The notes: a model not told the origin generated them from the sequence alone. A DNA stretch of 64,000 bases from Candidatus Omnitrophota bacterium (GCA_003598135.1 QZKA01000026.1:11258-75257); one strand, 5' to 3'. Positions 17,636 to 26,372 are shown, counted from the stretch's first letter. Program-made: numbers and translations.

Positions 17636-18643
17636 TTACGATACTAATGATTCGGTGTTGAGGATCTTGTCGCACCGACGGATAGGAATGCCGAAGAAGC
17701 GCGTAATCGGCTTTCCGTTCTCAAGGCTGTCGATGGTAAGATTTACATTGCTCTTGTTGTACGCCTTGATGTCGAGGGCGGTTTTCACCGTCTTGTTGCA
17801 GTACCACGCTACGCGCCCTACGTTGAGAGTGGGTACTTTGTTCAAGGCCTGAATCATGAGCTTGATGAGGTTCGCTGAGACATCAGAGGTGTCGCCGGCT
17901 GTGGCCAATGCAGACACTTCCAGGTTGCAGATACGCACGGCATATCTCCAGTCTCTCACTGCAAGACCCAAACGGGTCTTGTACTGATCGATGTAGGCGC
18001 GGAACTGCCCTGCCGGGGTCTGGTCGTCGTTCACGAGCTGCTTGCCTAAATCTTCATGCTCGATGCCTGCCTTGGTGCCGCGGGGATAAAATGCATGGAT
18101 GGTATTCTCGCCCCATACCACTAACCAGATCGAGGTATTATCTGTATCTGCGCTGCCGCCCAAGATCACGTTTTCGCCTGAGGCTGCAGTCGTAGATGAG
18201 TAATACGCGGAAAGGCCGGTGAATCTCTCAGGGTTCGTTTCTACGTTGCCGTAGAAAAACGTGGTGGCCATGGTCTGAGAGATTGCCTCAATGAACGGGG
18301 CATTCTCAGAAAGCCTGAAGGCTGCTTTGTCAACTGCAATGTTGACGAGCTCTTCGTCAACGCGGCCCAAGCCTTCGATGATACCGGCAGTAAACAACTG
18401 CTGCTTGGTTTGAGACTTAGAGGGCTGCACGCCTCTGTTTATCTGTCTCCAGGCGACTGTCGGCAAGCCTGTTCTTATGGTACTCTTATGGCCGGTCGTG
18501 GTGTTTCCTTCGATGAACACGAGATCGCTCAATATCTCGTTGACCTCGTTCATCATTTCTGCGATGCGGGCAATTTTCCCGTTCGGATCAAGCCGTCTTG
18601 CATGATCCATCAGGGTTAAATTTGTATTCGCGATAGTAGGCAT
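17636..18643 (-). CDS. Major capsid protein (Bbp17-like)
   Basis: RTGLP..WR.IN.G, FYG..ERFTGL, TSIWLVVWG, GLAVRDWRY.VRICN, FGIPIRRCD..NTE motifs. Confidence 0.92.
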   Translation of the reverse strand: MPTIANTNLTLMDHARRLDPNGKIARIAEMMNEVNEILSDLVFIEGNTTTGHKSTIRTGLPTVAWRQINRGVQPSKSQTKQQLFTAGIIEGLGRVDEELVNIAVDKAAFRLSENAPFIEAISQTMATTFFYGNVETNPERFTGLSAYYSSTTAASGENVILGGSADTDNTSIWLVVWGENTIHAFYPRGTKAGIEHEDLGKQLVNDDQTPAGQFRAYIDQYKTRLGLAVRDWRYAVRICNLEVSALATAGDTSDVSANLIKLMIQALNKVPTLNVGRVAWYCNKTVKTALDIKAYNKSNVNLTIDSLENGKPITRFFGIPIRRCDKILNTESLVS

Positions 18644-18675
18644 GGTTCTGCTCCTTTTTTTAGATTGAGGTTAAA

Positions 18676-19482
18676 TTACTTTGTTTCATTCATCCCGGGG
18701 TAAAACAAATCGGCGTCGGTCTTCTTGCCGCTTCGGTCAACGCCATGCACGAACGTATCTTCGCCTATGGCCTTGCCTACTTTTATGAAGAACCTCACCA
18801 TCTCTTTGTGGTTAGCGACTCCTGTTTGCTTAAGAAGTACCCGCAATTCAGGCGTGCCGAATTGTTCGATGGCTCTCCCCGCATGCACCAACTCTTTCTT
18901 GTAATCAGCCCCTAACTCCTGGACGGTCTCTTTCTTCCAGGCAGTTACGGTCTCATTAAAGTTTTTCAGCAAGCCATCGCTTATCTGCTGCGTGTACTTT
19001 ACCTGAAGGTCTACTAACTTCTGAGCTGCCTCTTGGCTGAGATTAGCTTCCTTGGCCACTGTCTTGAATTCATCAAGCATCAGCTGGTTGATCTCTATGC
19101 CGTCAGGCAACTTGAATTCAGCATACGTTTCAGGCGCTCCTTTTTCTTGCGCTGCTTTCTTTGCATCATCCTGGGCTTTTATTAAGGCTGTTTTTTTGAC
19201 TTTATCTTCAGCAGACAGATCCTCATCTTTAGCCTCAAGAAGCCTTTTCTCTTCCTTGGTCTTGACGATACCAGATTTCTTCTCCTTGTCCTCTGCGGAC
19301 AAGTCTTCATCCTTTGCTTCCAAGAGTCTTTTCTCTTCTGCTTCCTGCGTTTGTTTAGCTGCGGCAATCTCTTCCGGAGTCTGTGCTGCCCTCTCTTTCC
19401 CGGCTTCAACATCTCCGCCGTCAAGAAGGCTTGATACTTCCTCTGATTCCTGAGGTTTTACTGTTCCGTTTGGCTCTGGCAT
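18676..19482 (-). CDS. Capsid scaffolding protein
   Basis: Acidic/charged N-terminus, APETY.F.LPDG, LSQEAAQKLVD, G..NH.EMVRFF.KVGK..GED; precedes MCP. Confidence 0.82.
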   Translation of the reverse strand: MPEPNGTVKPQESEEVSSLLDGGDVEAGKERAAQTPEEIAAAKQTQEAEEKRLLEAKDEDLSAEDKEKKSGIVKTKEEKRLLEAKDEDLSAEDKVKKTALIKAQDDAKKAAQEKGAPETYAEFKLPDGIEINQLMLDEFKTVAKEANLSQEAAQKLVDLQVKYTQQISDGLLKNFNETVTAWKKETVQELGADYKKELVHAGRAIEQFGTPELRVLLKQTGVANHKEMVRFFIKVGKAIGEDTFVHGVDRSGKKTDADLFYPGMNETK

Positions 19483-19528
19483 CTTTAACTCCTTTGTTTA
19501 TGCTCCTCTTAGCCGATACGCGCTGTCC

Positions 19529-19873
19529 CTACAGCTCATCTGGGTCAGGAGGAAATTCTTTTTTTAAACTCTCTTGCTCGGACCTATATTCCCTTTGCAT
19601 CTGCAAAAACATTTCAGGGGCAACCAGCATGATGTCGTTAAACAAGCGCATTCCGACTATCTGCTTCTCGGTAGCTGGAGCGATAAATGTTTCAGCTTCG
19701 GTCAGAATACGCCACAGAAGACGGCGGCCCTCGGGAGTCTTAAGAACCTTGCTGATATCGTTGAGTTCACGTTCCCTCAGCCGCTTAGAACGCTCCGCTA
19801 ATTTCTTTTGTCTCTCTTCTGAATCCATTATTTTTTCTTCTTTGCACCGGCCATACTTCGATGTTATGATCAA
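19529..19873 (-). CDS. Bbp19-like phage protein (start may be 19828)
   Basis: D...VL.TPEGRRLLW.IL motif; between portal and scaffold. Confidence 0.75.
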   Translation of the reverse strand: MIITSKYGRCKEEKIMDSEERQKKLAERSKRLRERELNDISKVLKTPEGRRLLWRILTEAETFIAPATEKQIVGMRLFNDIMLVAPEMFLQMQREYRSEQESLKKEFPPDPDEL

Positions 19874-19900
19874 TATTCTTTTTACCTTTCAGTAGGGGCA

Positions 19901-21643
19901 TTATTTCGCTCCTGCAGGCTGCGTAGCCGGCTCCTGCTTCTGCGGCATAGATTTCCCTGTCATGGCAGCGATTACTGCGTCAAGGGCGCTATTCTCGCCT
20001 ATTCTGGCTTCAGATAGAGTCTTTGCGCCTTGGGCTGCTATCATACCTGACTGCGCTTGTTGCACACGAAGCTGCGCTTCTTGTTTTGCTTTACGGATTA
20101 CTGCAACCATCTCAGCGCTTCTTAATAGCCGCGCAGGAATTCCTTTCATCTCAGCGTAGGTTTCAACAGCCTCATCAAAATCAAATTTATCTATCACGTT
20201 TGCGTCAATTTTTGATAAATCGCCTACGAAGCCGCATACTTGCTCTATTGCGCTTGTCCCTACCATCTTCTGCGCTTGGGCAAGAACGGAGATATACTCC
20301 ACCTTTATGTCCTGCCCCTCAAGTTCTACGGGCGGTTCCGGTATAAGCCCGGCTCGCAACATCTTGGCGAAGGTAATGTCTATACAAGGATCAAACAGCT
20401 GAGTCTCTAATCCATCGAGTATCGAGCCAAGCATAAGCAGTTTCTCTTCATGGCGTTCTGCTATTTCCCGTGCGGTAATGTCGGTGCGATCTAAATTCTG
20501 CAGCATCAGGAATAAGTCAACATAGAACGTGCTGCCGATATCCTGCTTGGTGATATTAATGGTTTCCTCTAACTCTTTGAAATTAATCTGTACCTGATAG
20601 ACCGCGCGTACTCCTGCGTTCGGCACAGAGGCGGAGCTTGTGTTCACTCCCCCCGGCAAAGTATTGACTTCGCCGCTCACCGATGCGTCTTTCTGAACGG
20701 CCGGGTCTACTGTTTTATCAAGGCCCAACAGCTTCTTCCTCTGCAGTTTCTGCAACATCTTGCAGTCGCCTAATGCGTCCCAGCCCGGTCCTTTCCCATA
20801 GATGTCGCTTGTCGTGGTGGTTGCCCAACGCGGGGCCAATATAGAGAATTCCCTAAATCCCCCTACTCTTAAGAAACAATCCTGAGGAGATCCTTCTTCC
20901 CATTGGATGGAACGATAGGGCATGTTCTTGAAATCTTCCCTGTGCGGTATTCTTTTATCGTTCTCTTCCACAAGGTGAATTACTGAAATCCACTTATCAA
21001 CATCTTTCGATAAGTCGTAGGCGTCCTTTACGGTAGGGCTGACGTTATCGATCCCGAACTCCTTTACCAACTGTCCTGCGGTCATCCAGTACCTTCTGGC
21101 AAACCCATTTACCCTGCCGTCAGGCCCAATACTGAGCCAATATTCGCCGCAGGTAAAGTTATAGCCGCGGATTACCGTATCATAATCATCGACAATAATC
21201 GCAGCTGCGGTGGCGAACGATCCAAGTTCTTCGTAAATTGAATAGAAAATCTCGTAAATATTAGACCGAGAGAACACGTTCAGCATTCTCTCCTGGACTA
21301 TATCGAGCCATAGCTTTACGTTGTCGTTCTCCATAAGATCCGGATCATCGACACCAAGCCTGAACCATGGCCGCGTAGGGCTCGTCATTCCGTTCAGCAT
21401 TCCTGAAGCTAATGTGCGCACGCATCTTCTCGGATAGCCGGACAGCATCGTCTTGTGATCTATGGCCTGCCCTTTATTCGGTTGGTCGTCAAAAAAGCCG
21501 CGCGTGGGGATTTCGTATAATTTGATATCTTTCCAGGTTGGAAGCCAAGACTGCGCCTCATTCTTCATAGCGCTTACGCGGCGCTCGAATTCTTTCCTGT
21601 CAAGACCTACGCCTATCTTCTCTTTAGTTTGTTCTGCCATCAT
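19901..21643 (-). CDS. Portal (head-tail connector) protein
   Basis: LASGM..GMTSP.RPWF, IYGKGPG..AL.D, TAREI.ER.EEKL..LG, EYISVLAQAQK motifs. Confidence 0.93.
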   Translation of the reverse strand: MMAEQTKEKIGVGLDRKEFERRVSAMKNEAQSWLPTWKDIKLYEIPTRGFFDDQPNKGQAIDHKTMLSGYPRRCVRTLASGMLNGMTSPTRPWFRLGVDDPDLMENDNVKLWLDIVQERMLNVFSRSNIYEIFYSIYEELGSFATAAAIIVDDYDTVIRGYNFTCGEYWLSIGPDGRVNGFARRYWMTAGQLVKEFGIDNVSPTVKDAYDLSKDVDKWISVIHLVEENDKRIPHREDFKNMPYRSIQWEEGSPQDCFLRVGGFREFSILAPRWATTTTSDIYGKGPGWDALGDCKMLQKLQRKKLLGLDKTVDPAVQKDASVSGEVNTLPGGVNTSSASVPNAGVRAVYQVQINFKELEETINITKQDIGSTFYVDLFLMLQNLDRTDITAREIAERHEEKLLMLGSILDGLETQLFDPCIDITFAKMLRAGLIPEPPVELEGQDIKVEYISVLAQAQKMVGTSAIEQVCGFVGDLSKIDANVIDKFDFDEAVETYAEMKGIPARLLRSAEMVAVIRKAKQEAQLRVQQAQSGMIAAQGAKTLSEARIGENSALDAVIAAMTGKSMPQKQEPATQPAGAK

Positions 21644-21894
21644 TGCCCCAGCTTTTCTTTAAGCGTCGAGCCGACGACCGCGGGCAACAGAAGGTTCACC
21701 GAGGAGGTATCTCCTGTGCCTGATGTTTTCACGGTGCTGGCTATGCCATACTTTATTGCGGCGAGCTGCTTTCTTTTTTTCTCTGCGATGCTTGAAGCGG
21801 TTTCTTCTGCAGGTTCCGGAGCTGAAGGCGTGGGTGCTGGCGAGACGGTAGTGGTGGCGGGTGATTCTATCCTTGGCGTTCCTCCAAAGCACAT
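21640..21894 (-). CDS. Small pre-portal phage protein
   Basis: MCFGG..P-rich..STV.TS..G...LGQ pattern common before podovirus portals; AAAGGAG RBS. Confidence 0.75.
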   Translation of the reverse strand: MCFGGTPRIESPATTTVSPAPTPSAPEPAEETASSIAEKKRKQLAAIKYGIASTVKTSGTGDTSSVNLLLPAVVGSTLKEKLGQ

Positions 21895-21939
21895 AGGACG
21901 CTCCTTTGTAGTATGTCAGTTTGTCATTATCGTTGGCAT

Positions 21940-21977
21940 AAAAAAGAGGCAACCCGCACGGCCGCGAATTGCCTCTT
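21940..21977 (-). terminator. Intrinsic terminator upstream of portal operon
   Basis: AAGAGGCAATTCGC-GGCC-GTGCGGGTTGCCTCTTTTTT long stem with U tract. Confidence 0.75.
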
Positions 21978-22041
21978 AGATATGCCTAAAACGAATTGAG
22001 TGATCAGCTCAATTCACAAATCGTCTATGTGATTCTACCAA

Positions 22042-22068
22042 TAACACGATTATGTCATTTTGTCAAGT
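22042..22068 (-). promoter_or_regulatory. TTGACA promoter overlapping TGACA-N3-TGACATA box (portal/capsid operon)
   Basis: ACTTGACAAAATGACATAATCGTGTTA matches 25326-25352 at 21/27 positions. Confidence 0.6.
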
Positions 22069-22079
22069 ATTTTTGTGAA

Positions 22080-22556
22080 TTAATTCAGGGAGGGATTCTT
22101 AAATGCGGTAGAGAACTTTTTATTGCACCAGGTTATTATCGTTTGAAGATTAGTAGTAACCATCCCTTCTGCGATCCTTCTATTCCAGATATACTGTCTA
22201 TACCGAGCCGTCTCGCTCGCATTATATAGTCTTTTGTATTGAGCAGACACCTCCGGATAGTTTAAATACACAATAAGTAATCTGGCTGCATGGTCGCTTT
22301 TAGATTTGCAATAGTTCGGAAACGGCAATCCGGAAGTTTTTATCTGAATAAAAAATTCTTTAGGATGCGCCACTTGAAGCGCCTTACCCCGGTATATTAC
22401 TCTTTTCCTTTTAAATACGACGCATTCAATAATATGGACGGAGGAATAAAAAGCCGCGGTAACAATCCAATCATTGAAGTCTTGCTGGGGATAAATATAA
22501 CTTAAGAAGTCGATGTTGTGATTCCCATGGATCAAATGCTCAGCATCGGTAGGCAT
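22080..22556 (-). CDS. HEPN-like domain protein (putative toxin/defence moron)
   Basis: H..HN..F, DW..T.AFY...H..E, H..R, Y..LY.AS..ARY pattern of HEPN family. Confidence 0.65.
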   Translation of the reverse strand: MPTDAEHLIHGNHNIDFLSYIYPQQDFNDWIVTAAFYSSVHIIECVVFKRKRVIYRGKALQVAHPKEFFIQIKTSGLPFPNYCKSKSDHAARLLIVYLNYPEVSAQYKRLYNASETARYRQYIWNRRIAEGMVTTNLQTIITWCNKKFSTAFKNPSLN

Positions 22557-23111
22557 CTATGAATTCCTTACAAAAGGGAAATCGTACCCAATAGCTTGCT
22601 GGTCAAGTGTCGAATCTCTGCTATTTAAGTACAAAATATCCGCCAGGTAATTCTCTCGATTCAACACAAACAGCTCGGAGGCAATAACAAACTCAGAGAA
22701 TTCTTTCTCGCCTTTCTCATCTGCATCAATAACAAACAAGATCTTAATCTCTTTGGTAATAAAATCAAAGCTTGTGCGGGCCTCTACTATCTTGATGTCG
22801 ATTTTCTCTTCAGCCATTTGAGTCCTTACCACTTCATAAGCGACCTCAACGATTTTTGTAACTATCAAAATATACTCATGCGCTTCTTTTTTGGCACGCT
22901 CTTTTAGCCTTTCCAATGCCTCACTCTCACCTTGCCTCTTGGCTTCCCTAAGCACATATTCAAGATGGTGGGCCATCGCCTCCCTAATTGACTTGACGTT
23001 GTTGAATAAATTAATGGGGTCTTCTACGGAAGTTTGCGCTGAGAATAACGAGGAAATTTCCGCGGACATGCCTGACAACCGATCCTCTACTCTGTTTTTA
23101 AAATTAAACAT
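22557..23111 (-). CDS. Putative partner/antitoxin of HEPN protein
   Basis: Stop abuts the HEPN start with no gap; has its own sigma70 promoter; inserted between terL and portal. Confidence 0.5.
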   Translation of the reverse strand: MFNFKNRVEDRLSGMSAEISSLFSAQTSVEDPINLFNNVKSIREAMAHHLEYVLREAKRQGESEALERLKERAKKEAHEYILIVTKIVEVAYEVVRTQMAEEKIDIKIVEARTSFDFITKEIKILFVIDADEKGEKEFSEFVIASELFVLNRENYLADILYLNSRDSTLDQQAIGYDFPFVRNS

Positions 23112-23134
23112 ACTTTTGGTGGTTTGCGGGTATA

Positions 23135-23163
23135 AGTATAGCGTTGGAGGGGTCGAAAGTCAA
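23135..23163 (-). promoter_or_regulatory. sigma70-type promoter of moron
   Basis: TTGACT-17 bp-TATACT, 23 bp above ATG 23111. Confidence 0.7.
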
Positions 23164-23169
23164 TAATTT

Positions 23170-24651
23170 TTAGCTTAACGGGTCGTATTCTTTCTTCTGA
23201 CCGAAATTCTCTTCATTGCTCTTTTTTTTCACGACGGGGAATGCGAATGTTAAAGCGAGGGCATCTGCGTTGCTGGGTGAAGCTAATCCTCTATCTTTCA
23301 TCTGCTTCTTTGATTCCAGAACGATTTCTCCTTTTAAATTCGGGTATGCTTCCGGCCCGGTTAAATCATCTACTAAACGTTGATCATCAGGAATACATCC
23401 ACCTTCTTCGAGCCATTTCTTTGTCTTAGCCCAGATCTCTGCGCGCTTATTCGCGAATCCTGGCGTACTGGATTTTGAGCCGAAAGAACAAAGCAGCCAT
23501 TGCCGATTCATTGACTTGCCGATAGAATAAACTCCTGTGCCGTAGCCTAAGTCAATGATGACGCCGTCTGCTTTTTCTTGGTCTTCCCACTTTGCTACTG
23601 CAGCAGCAATGACTGTATCATCATCGTTCTTTGCGAATTTCTGTAAGCGCCTGTAGACTAACCCTTGCCTGATACCGATCAGGACCTCATCGCCGCCGGT
23701 CCAGGCCATGTCTACGCCGATGATCTTGGGTGCAAACACGTACTTATGCGCTTCTATCTGCTTGCCTTTTGCGGATTCAGCTAAGTCCGTAGGAATAAAC
23801 TGCAGATCCCCTGCTTTGGGAAATAAACCAAGAACATGCACACGTACCCAGTCACTATCTATGCCAAGATCTTCTATCCATTCCTTAACCTTCTGCTGGT
23901 TAACTAATATTGACTTACGGATATCAAGCTGCCATTGCTTCCAGCGATGCCGTAGTTTGGCGAAGCATTCTTTAAAGCGGCCGGTATTGCGGGTAGGGTT
24001 ACCGAAGACAAGCCATAAAATCTGCGTACCGGTATCGGTTAATGCGCCTTCTGTAACTTCCCAGATTGTATCCGGAATAGCTGAGGCTTCATCGAATATT
24101 ACCAGAATGCGTTTGCCCTTATTGTGAAGGCCCGCGAATGCCTCAGTCTTATGTTCGCTCCAAGGCACCTGATCTATACGCCACGTTCTTTCATGCTCAG
24201 GGTCTTTTGCGTAGATAGCTGTGGCTGTCAGTTCAAACCAATGCTTTATTATGCATAGACGATACCATTTGCTTAGCTCTGCCCATGTCTTGGTTTTAAG
24301 CTGAGTCTCTGTATTGGCGGTTACCGTTCCCCTGGTGTCTTCAAAAGTAGACAGGCCCCAAAGGATGATCCAAGCTACAAGCGCACTTTTCCCCGGACCA
24401 TTGCCTGAAGCTACGGCAATCTGAATCACATAGTTTATGGCGCCTTGGGCATTAAGCTTACCGGCCTGCAACTGATCGCGGATATACTGCAAGACTTCGC
24501 TCTGCCATCTATCCGGGCCTTTATAGCCTATGAGTTCTTCTTTGCCCCACTTGAAAGCATAAAGGACCCAACCGTAAGGGTCCTTCTCGTATGAGGCTAT
24601 GTCTTCTATAAGGGCTCTCTCAGCCTTTACGTCCTCTTCGGTTGTGAGCAT
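23170..24651 (-). CDS. terL: Terminase large subunit
   Basis: Walker A VASGNGPGKS, Walker B IFDEAS, GNPTRNTG, nuclease GVDMA..GGD and ADALALTFA. Confidence 0.93.
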   Translation of the reverse strand: MLTTEEDVKAERALIEDIASYEKDPYGWVLYAFKWGKEELIGYKGPDRWQSEVLQYIRDQLQAGKLNAQGAINYVIQIAVASGNGPGKSALVAWIILWGLSTFEDTRGTVTANTETQLKTKTWAELSKWYRLCIIKHWFELTATAIYAKDPEHERTWRIDQVPWSEHKTEAFAGLHNKGKRILVIFDEASAIPDTIWEVTEGALTDTGTQILWLVFGNPTRNTGRFKECFAKLRHRWKQWQLDIRKSILVNQQKVKEWIEDLGIDSDWVRVHVLGLFPKAGDLQFIPTDLAESAKGKQIEAHKYVFAPKIIGVDMAWTGGDEVLIGIRQGLVYRRLQKFAKNDDDTVIAAAVAKWEDQEKADGVIIDLGYGTGVYSIGKSMNRQWLLCSFGSKSSTPGFANKRAEIWAKTKKWLEEGGCIPDDQRLVDDLTGPEAYPNLKGEIVLESKKQMKDRGLASPSNADALALTFAFPVVKKKSNEENFGQKKEYDPLS

Positions 24652-25198
24652 GTTTTGTCCTCATTCGCGCCTCTTTTATTCTATCCGCAAGGCCTTCAAG
24701 GCCCCTGTGTTCGGTTACATCGGTAAACATCTTTAGATGCTTGCCTAAGAGCTCAAGCGTTTTTGTTTTGTCGCAAAGCTTAATCTTCTTAGTGTAGCCG
24801 ATATGTTCTCTATCTTCTCCGCGACCTTCAAATAACTCTTCTGTTTCTATAGCAATAATTGCCTTCCGCAATGGTTCAGGCATATCTTGGATATCTTTGA
24901 GCTCGCCGTTCTCATCATAAGCATCCGCAATATCTATTGTGGCGTGCTTAAGCAGTTCTTTAATAACAAGGTCAGTGTTTAATTTAAGCCGGTTAATTTG
25001 CGCTGCTATCAATTCATTCACCCGCGCTTTAATCATAACATTTGATAACAAACGCGAAGCTTGCTCTTGGGCTGTCTTGCGTGAGTATTTAGCGCGGATT
25101 GCTGCTTGAGTGCCGTTGCGGTCTTTTAAGTATTCATGACAAAACCGCTCTTGCTGCGGAGTAAGTGGCCTAAGCTTGTTTTCTTCTTTTATTTCCAT
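24620..25198 (-). CDS. terS: Terminase small subunit
   Basis: LTPQQERFC.EYL.D.NGTQAAIRA.YS.KTA..QASRLL; LELLGKHL.MF. Confidence 0.92.
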   Translation of the reverse strand: MEIKEENKLRPLTPQQERFCHEYLKDRNGTQAAIRAKYSRKTAQEQASRLLSNVMIKARVNELIAAQINRLKLNTDLVIKELLKHATIDIADAYDENGELKDIQDMPEPLRKAIIAIETEELFEGRGEDREHIGYTKKIKLCDKTKTLELLGKHLKMFTDVTEHRGLEGLADRIKEARMRTKHAHNRRGRKG

Positions 25199-25302
25199 GT
25201 ATAGATATGCGTAGTTAATAGGGTATTTACTGCTGCTACCGCTAACAGCGCGCCTACCGCCGCTAATATTGAATACCCTATAAAGTCAATAACCTTCACC
25301 AT
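25189..25302 (-). CDS. 37-aa single-TM peptide (not in ORF track)
   Basis: MVKVIDFIGYSILAAVGALLAVAAVNTLLTTHIYTWK; AAGGGG RBS; overlaps the terS start. Confidence 0.45.
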   Translation of the reverse strand: MVKVIDFIGYSILAAVGALLAVAAVNTLLTTHIYTWK

Positions 25303-25325
25303 AGCTCTACCCCTTGGGTTCCATT

Positions 25326-25352
25326 TACCACAAATATGTCAAAATGTCAAGT
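25326..25352 (-). promoter_or_regulatory. TTGACA promoter overlapping TGACA-N3-TGACATA box (terminase operon)
   Basis: ACTTGACATTTTGACATATTTGTGGTA; second copy of the motif. Confidence 0.6.
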
Positions 25353-25538
25353 TCTATCTTGGGGACCTCTATTTAGTATTCTGAATGCCCACTCAATCTC
25401 TAATATTAAAAGTTGTTCTTCAACCGTACGCTCTGCTTCTTTTAGCCAGGCTCTTACGAGTGGGTTTTTTAACAACTTACGGTCTTTTGGTATTATCTTT
25501 ATCTTCATCTCTGGATAATAAGCTCTGCTCCAATTCAT
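25347..25538 (-). CDS. Hypothetical protein
   Basis: ATGA overlap with upstream GroES-like gene. Confidence 0.5.
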   Translation of the reverse strand: MNWSRAYYPEMKIKIIPKDRKLLKNPLVRAWLKEAERTVEEQLLILEIEWAFRILNRGPQDRT

Positions 25539-25801
25539 CGTATCACTACCGCGATCCTCCCTTCCGGAAGCGCAAAATAATGCTGGCCAGCGTAGTCAAA
25601 CTCGGTTGTGGCCGGCGCGCTGACAATTATCTGGTCGTTCCGTTTTATTCCACTCTTGCATTGGCTGCCTACGTCTATCACCCGAAACACCGAGTCAGCC
25701 TTGACTACTCCTTTAACAACATCAGGCACTACTATCTGACCGTTCTCTTTTTCTTGCAACTGCACGATTACGAATTCCCCTATTGCTCTTGGTCTTGCCA
25801 T
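25535..25801 (-). CDS. Phage GroES/cpn10-like co-chaperonin
   Basis: G.FVIV...GQIVVPD...VIDVG...K.ND.I...G..Y..L.E..I.VV aligns by eye to host GroES at 46983; AAGGAG RBS. Confidence 0.72.
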   Translation of the reverse strand: MARPRAIGEFVIVQLQEKENGQIVVPDVVKGVVKADSVFRVIDVGSQCKSGIKRNDQIIVSAPATTEFDYAGQHYFALPEGRIAVVIR

Positions 25802-25843
25802 GTACTACTCCTTTCTTTTATTCTTCCTCGCTGGTTTTTTTTA

Positions 25844-25927
25844 TTGCGGGGGTGGGATTCGAACCCACGGTGTCCTTTCGGATACATGGTTATGGGCCAT
25901 GCGACCTCGCCACTGGTCAACCCCGCG
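25844..25927 (-). tRNA. Phage tRNA(CAU), initiator fMet-like, with long variable arm; CCA not encoded
   Basis: CGCGGGG/CCCCGCA acceptor (C1xA72, A73), D stem GACC/GGTC, anticodon stem CATGG/CCATG with loop CCCATAA, 16-nt variable region TATCC-GAAA-GGACA-CC, T arm GTGGG-TTCGAAT-CCCAC. Confidence 0.88.
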
Positions 25928-25943
25928 ATTGATTTATCTTTTC

Positions 25944-26372
25944 TTATTCCTGCTCTTCCTCTACCTCAGGCGCCTTATATTCTTCTACTTCTTCCCCGAG
26001 ATCGATGCGCTTTCTTCTTGCTTCGCCGATTGCCTTCACCAGCTCAACGCGGATTTTCCTAATAACGAATTTCGAATATGCCTCAAGTTCCGCGCGCAGC
26101 TGATCAACCAGGTTTTTGATGTTATCAGACGAAACCTTTTCCGTACCCCCCCCTAAAGCTTGACGTTTTTTATAGAGTTTTAATTTAGAAACTCCAGCTG
26201 CGACGCTTCCTCCGGATTTCTTCTGGTGGCCGTGCAAGATATAATGCAGCACCGAAGAAGCAACTTTGATTTGATACTGGTCTTGAAAAAATTTAATAAT
26301 CTCACAAGGCCTCTTTCCGTCCTTAGCCATCGCCCTGCATTGTTCTTTCTGACCCTCTGTTAACTTCGCCAT
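25944..26372 (-). CDS. Putative HTH DNA-binding protein
   Basis: N-terminal KLTEGQKEQCRAMAKDG.RP.EI..F....Y.I.V..S.L.YI HTH-like pattern; acidic tail; AAGGAGG RBS. Confidence 0.5.
   Translation of the reverse strand: MAKLTEGQKEQCRAMAKDGKRPCEIIKFFQDQYQIKVASSVLHYILHGHQKKSGGSVAAGVSKLKLYKKRQALGGGTEKVSSDNIKNLVDQLRAELEAYSKFVIRKIRVELVKAIGEARRKRIDLGEEVEEYKAPEVEEEQE

Noticed and set aside
25844-25927. Phage tRNA as replacement for the split tRNA-Ile2
   Set aside because: Identity elements are fMet-like (C1xA72, G4-C69/G5-C68, A11-U24), not Ile2/TilS-like; only the CAU anticodon is shared.
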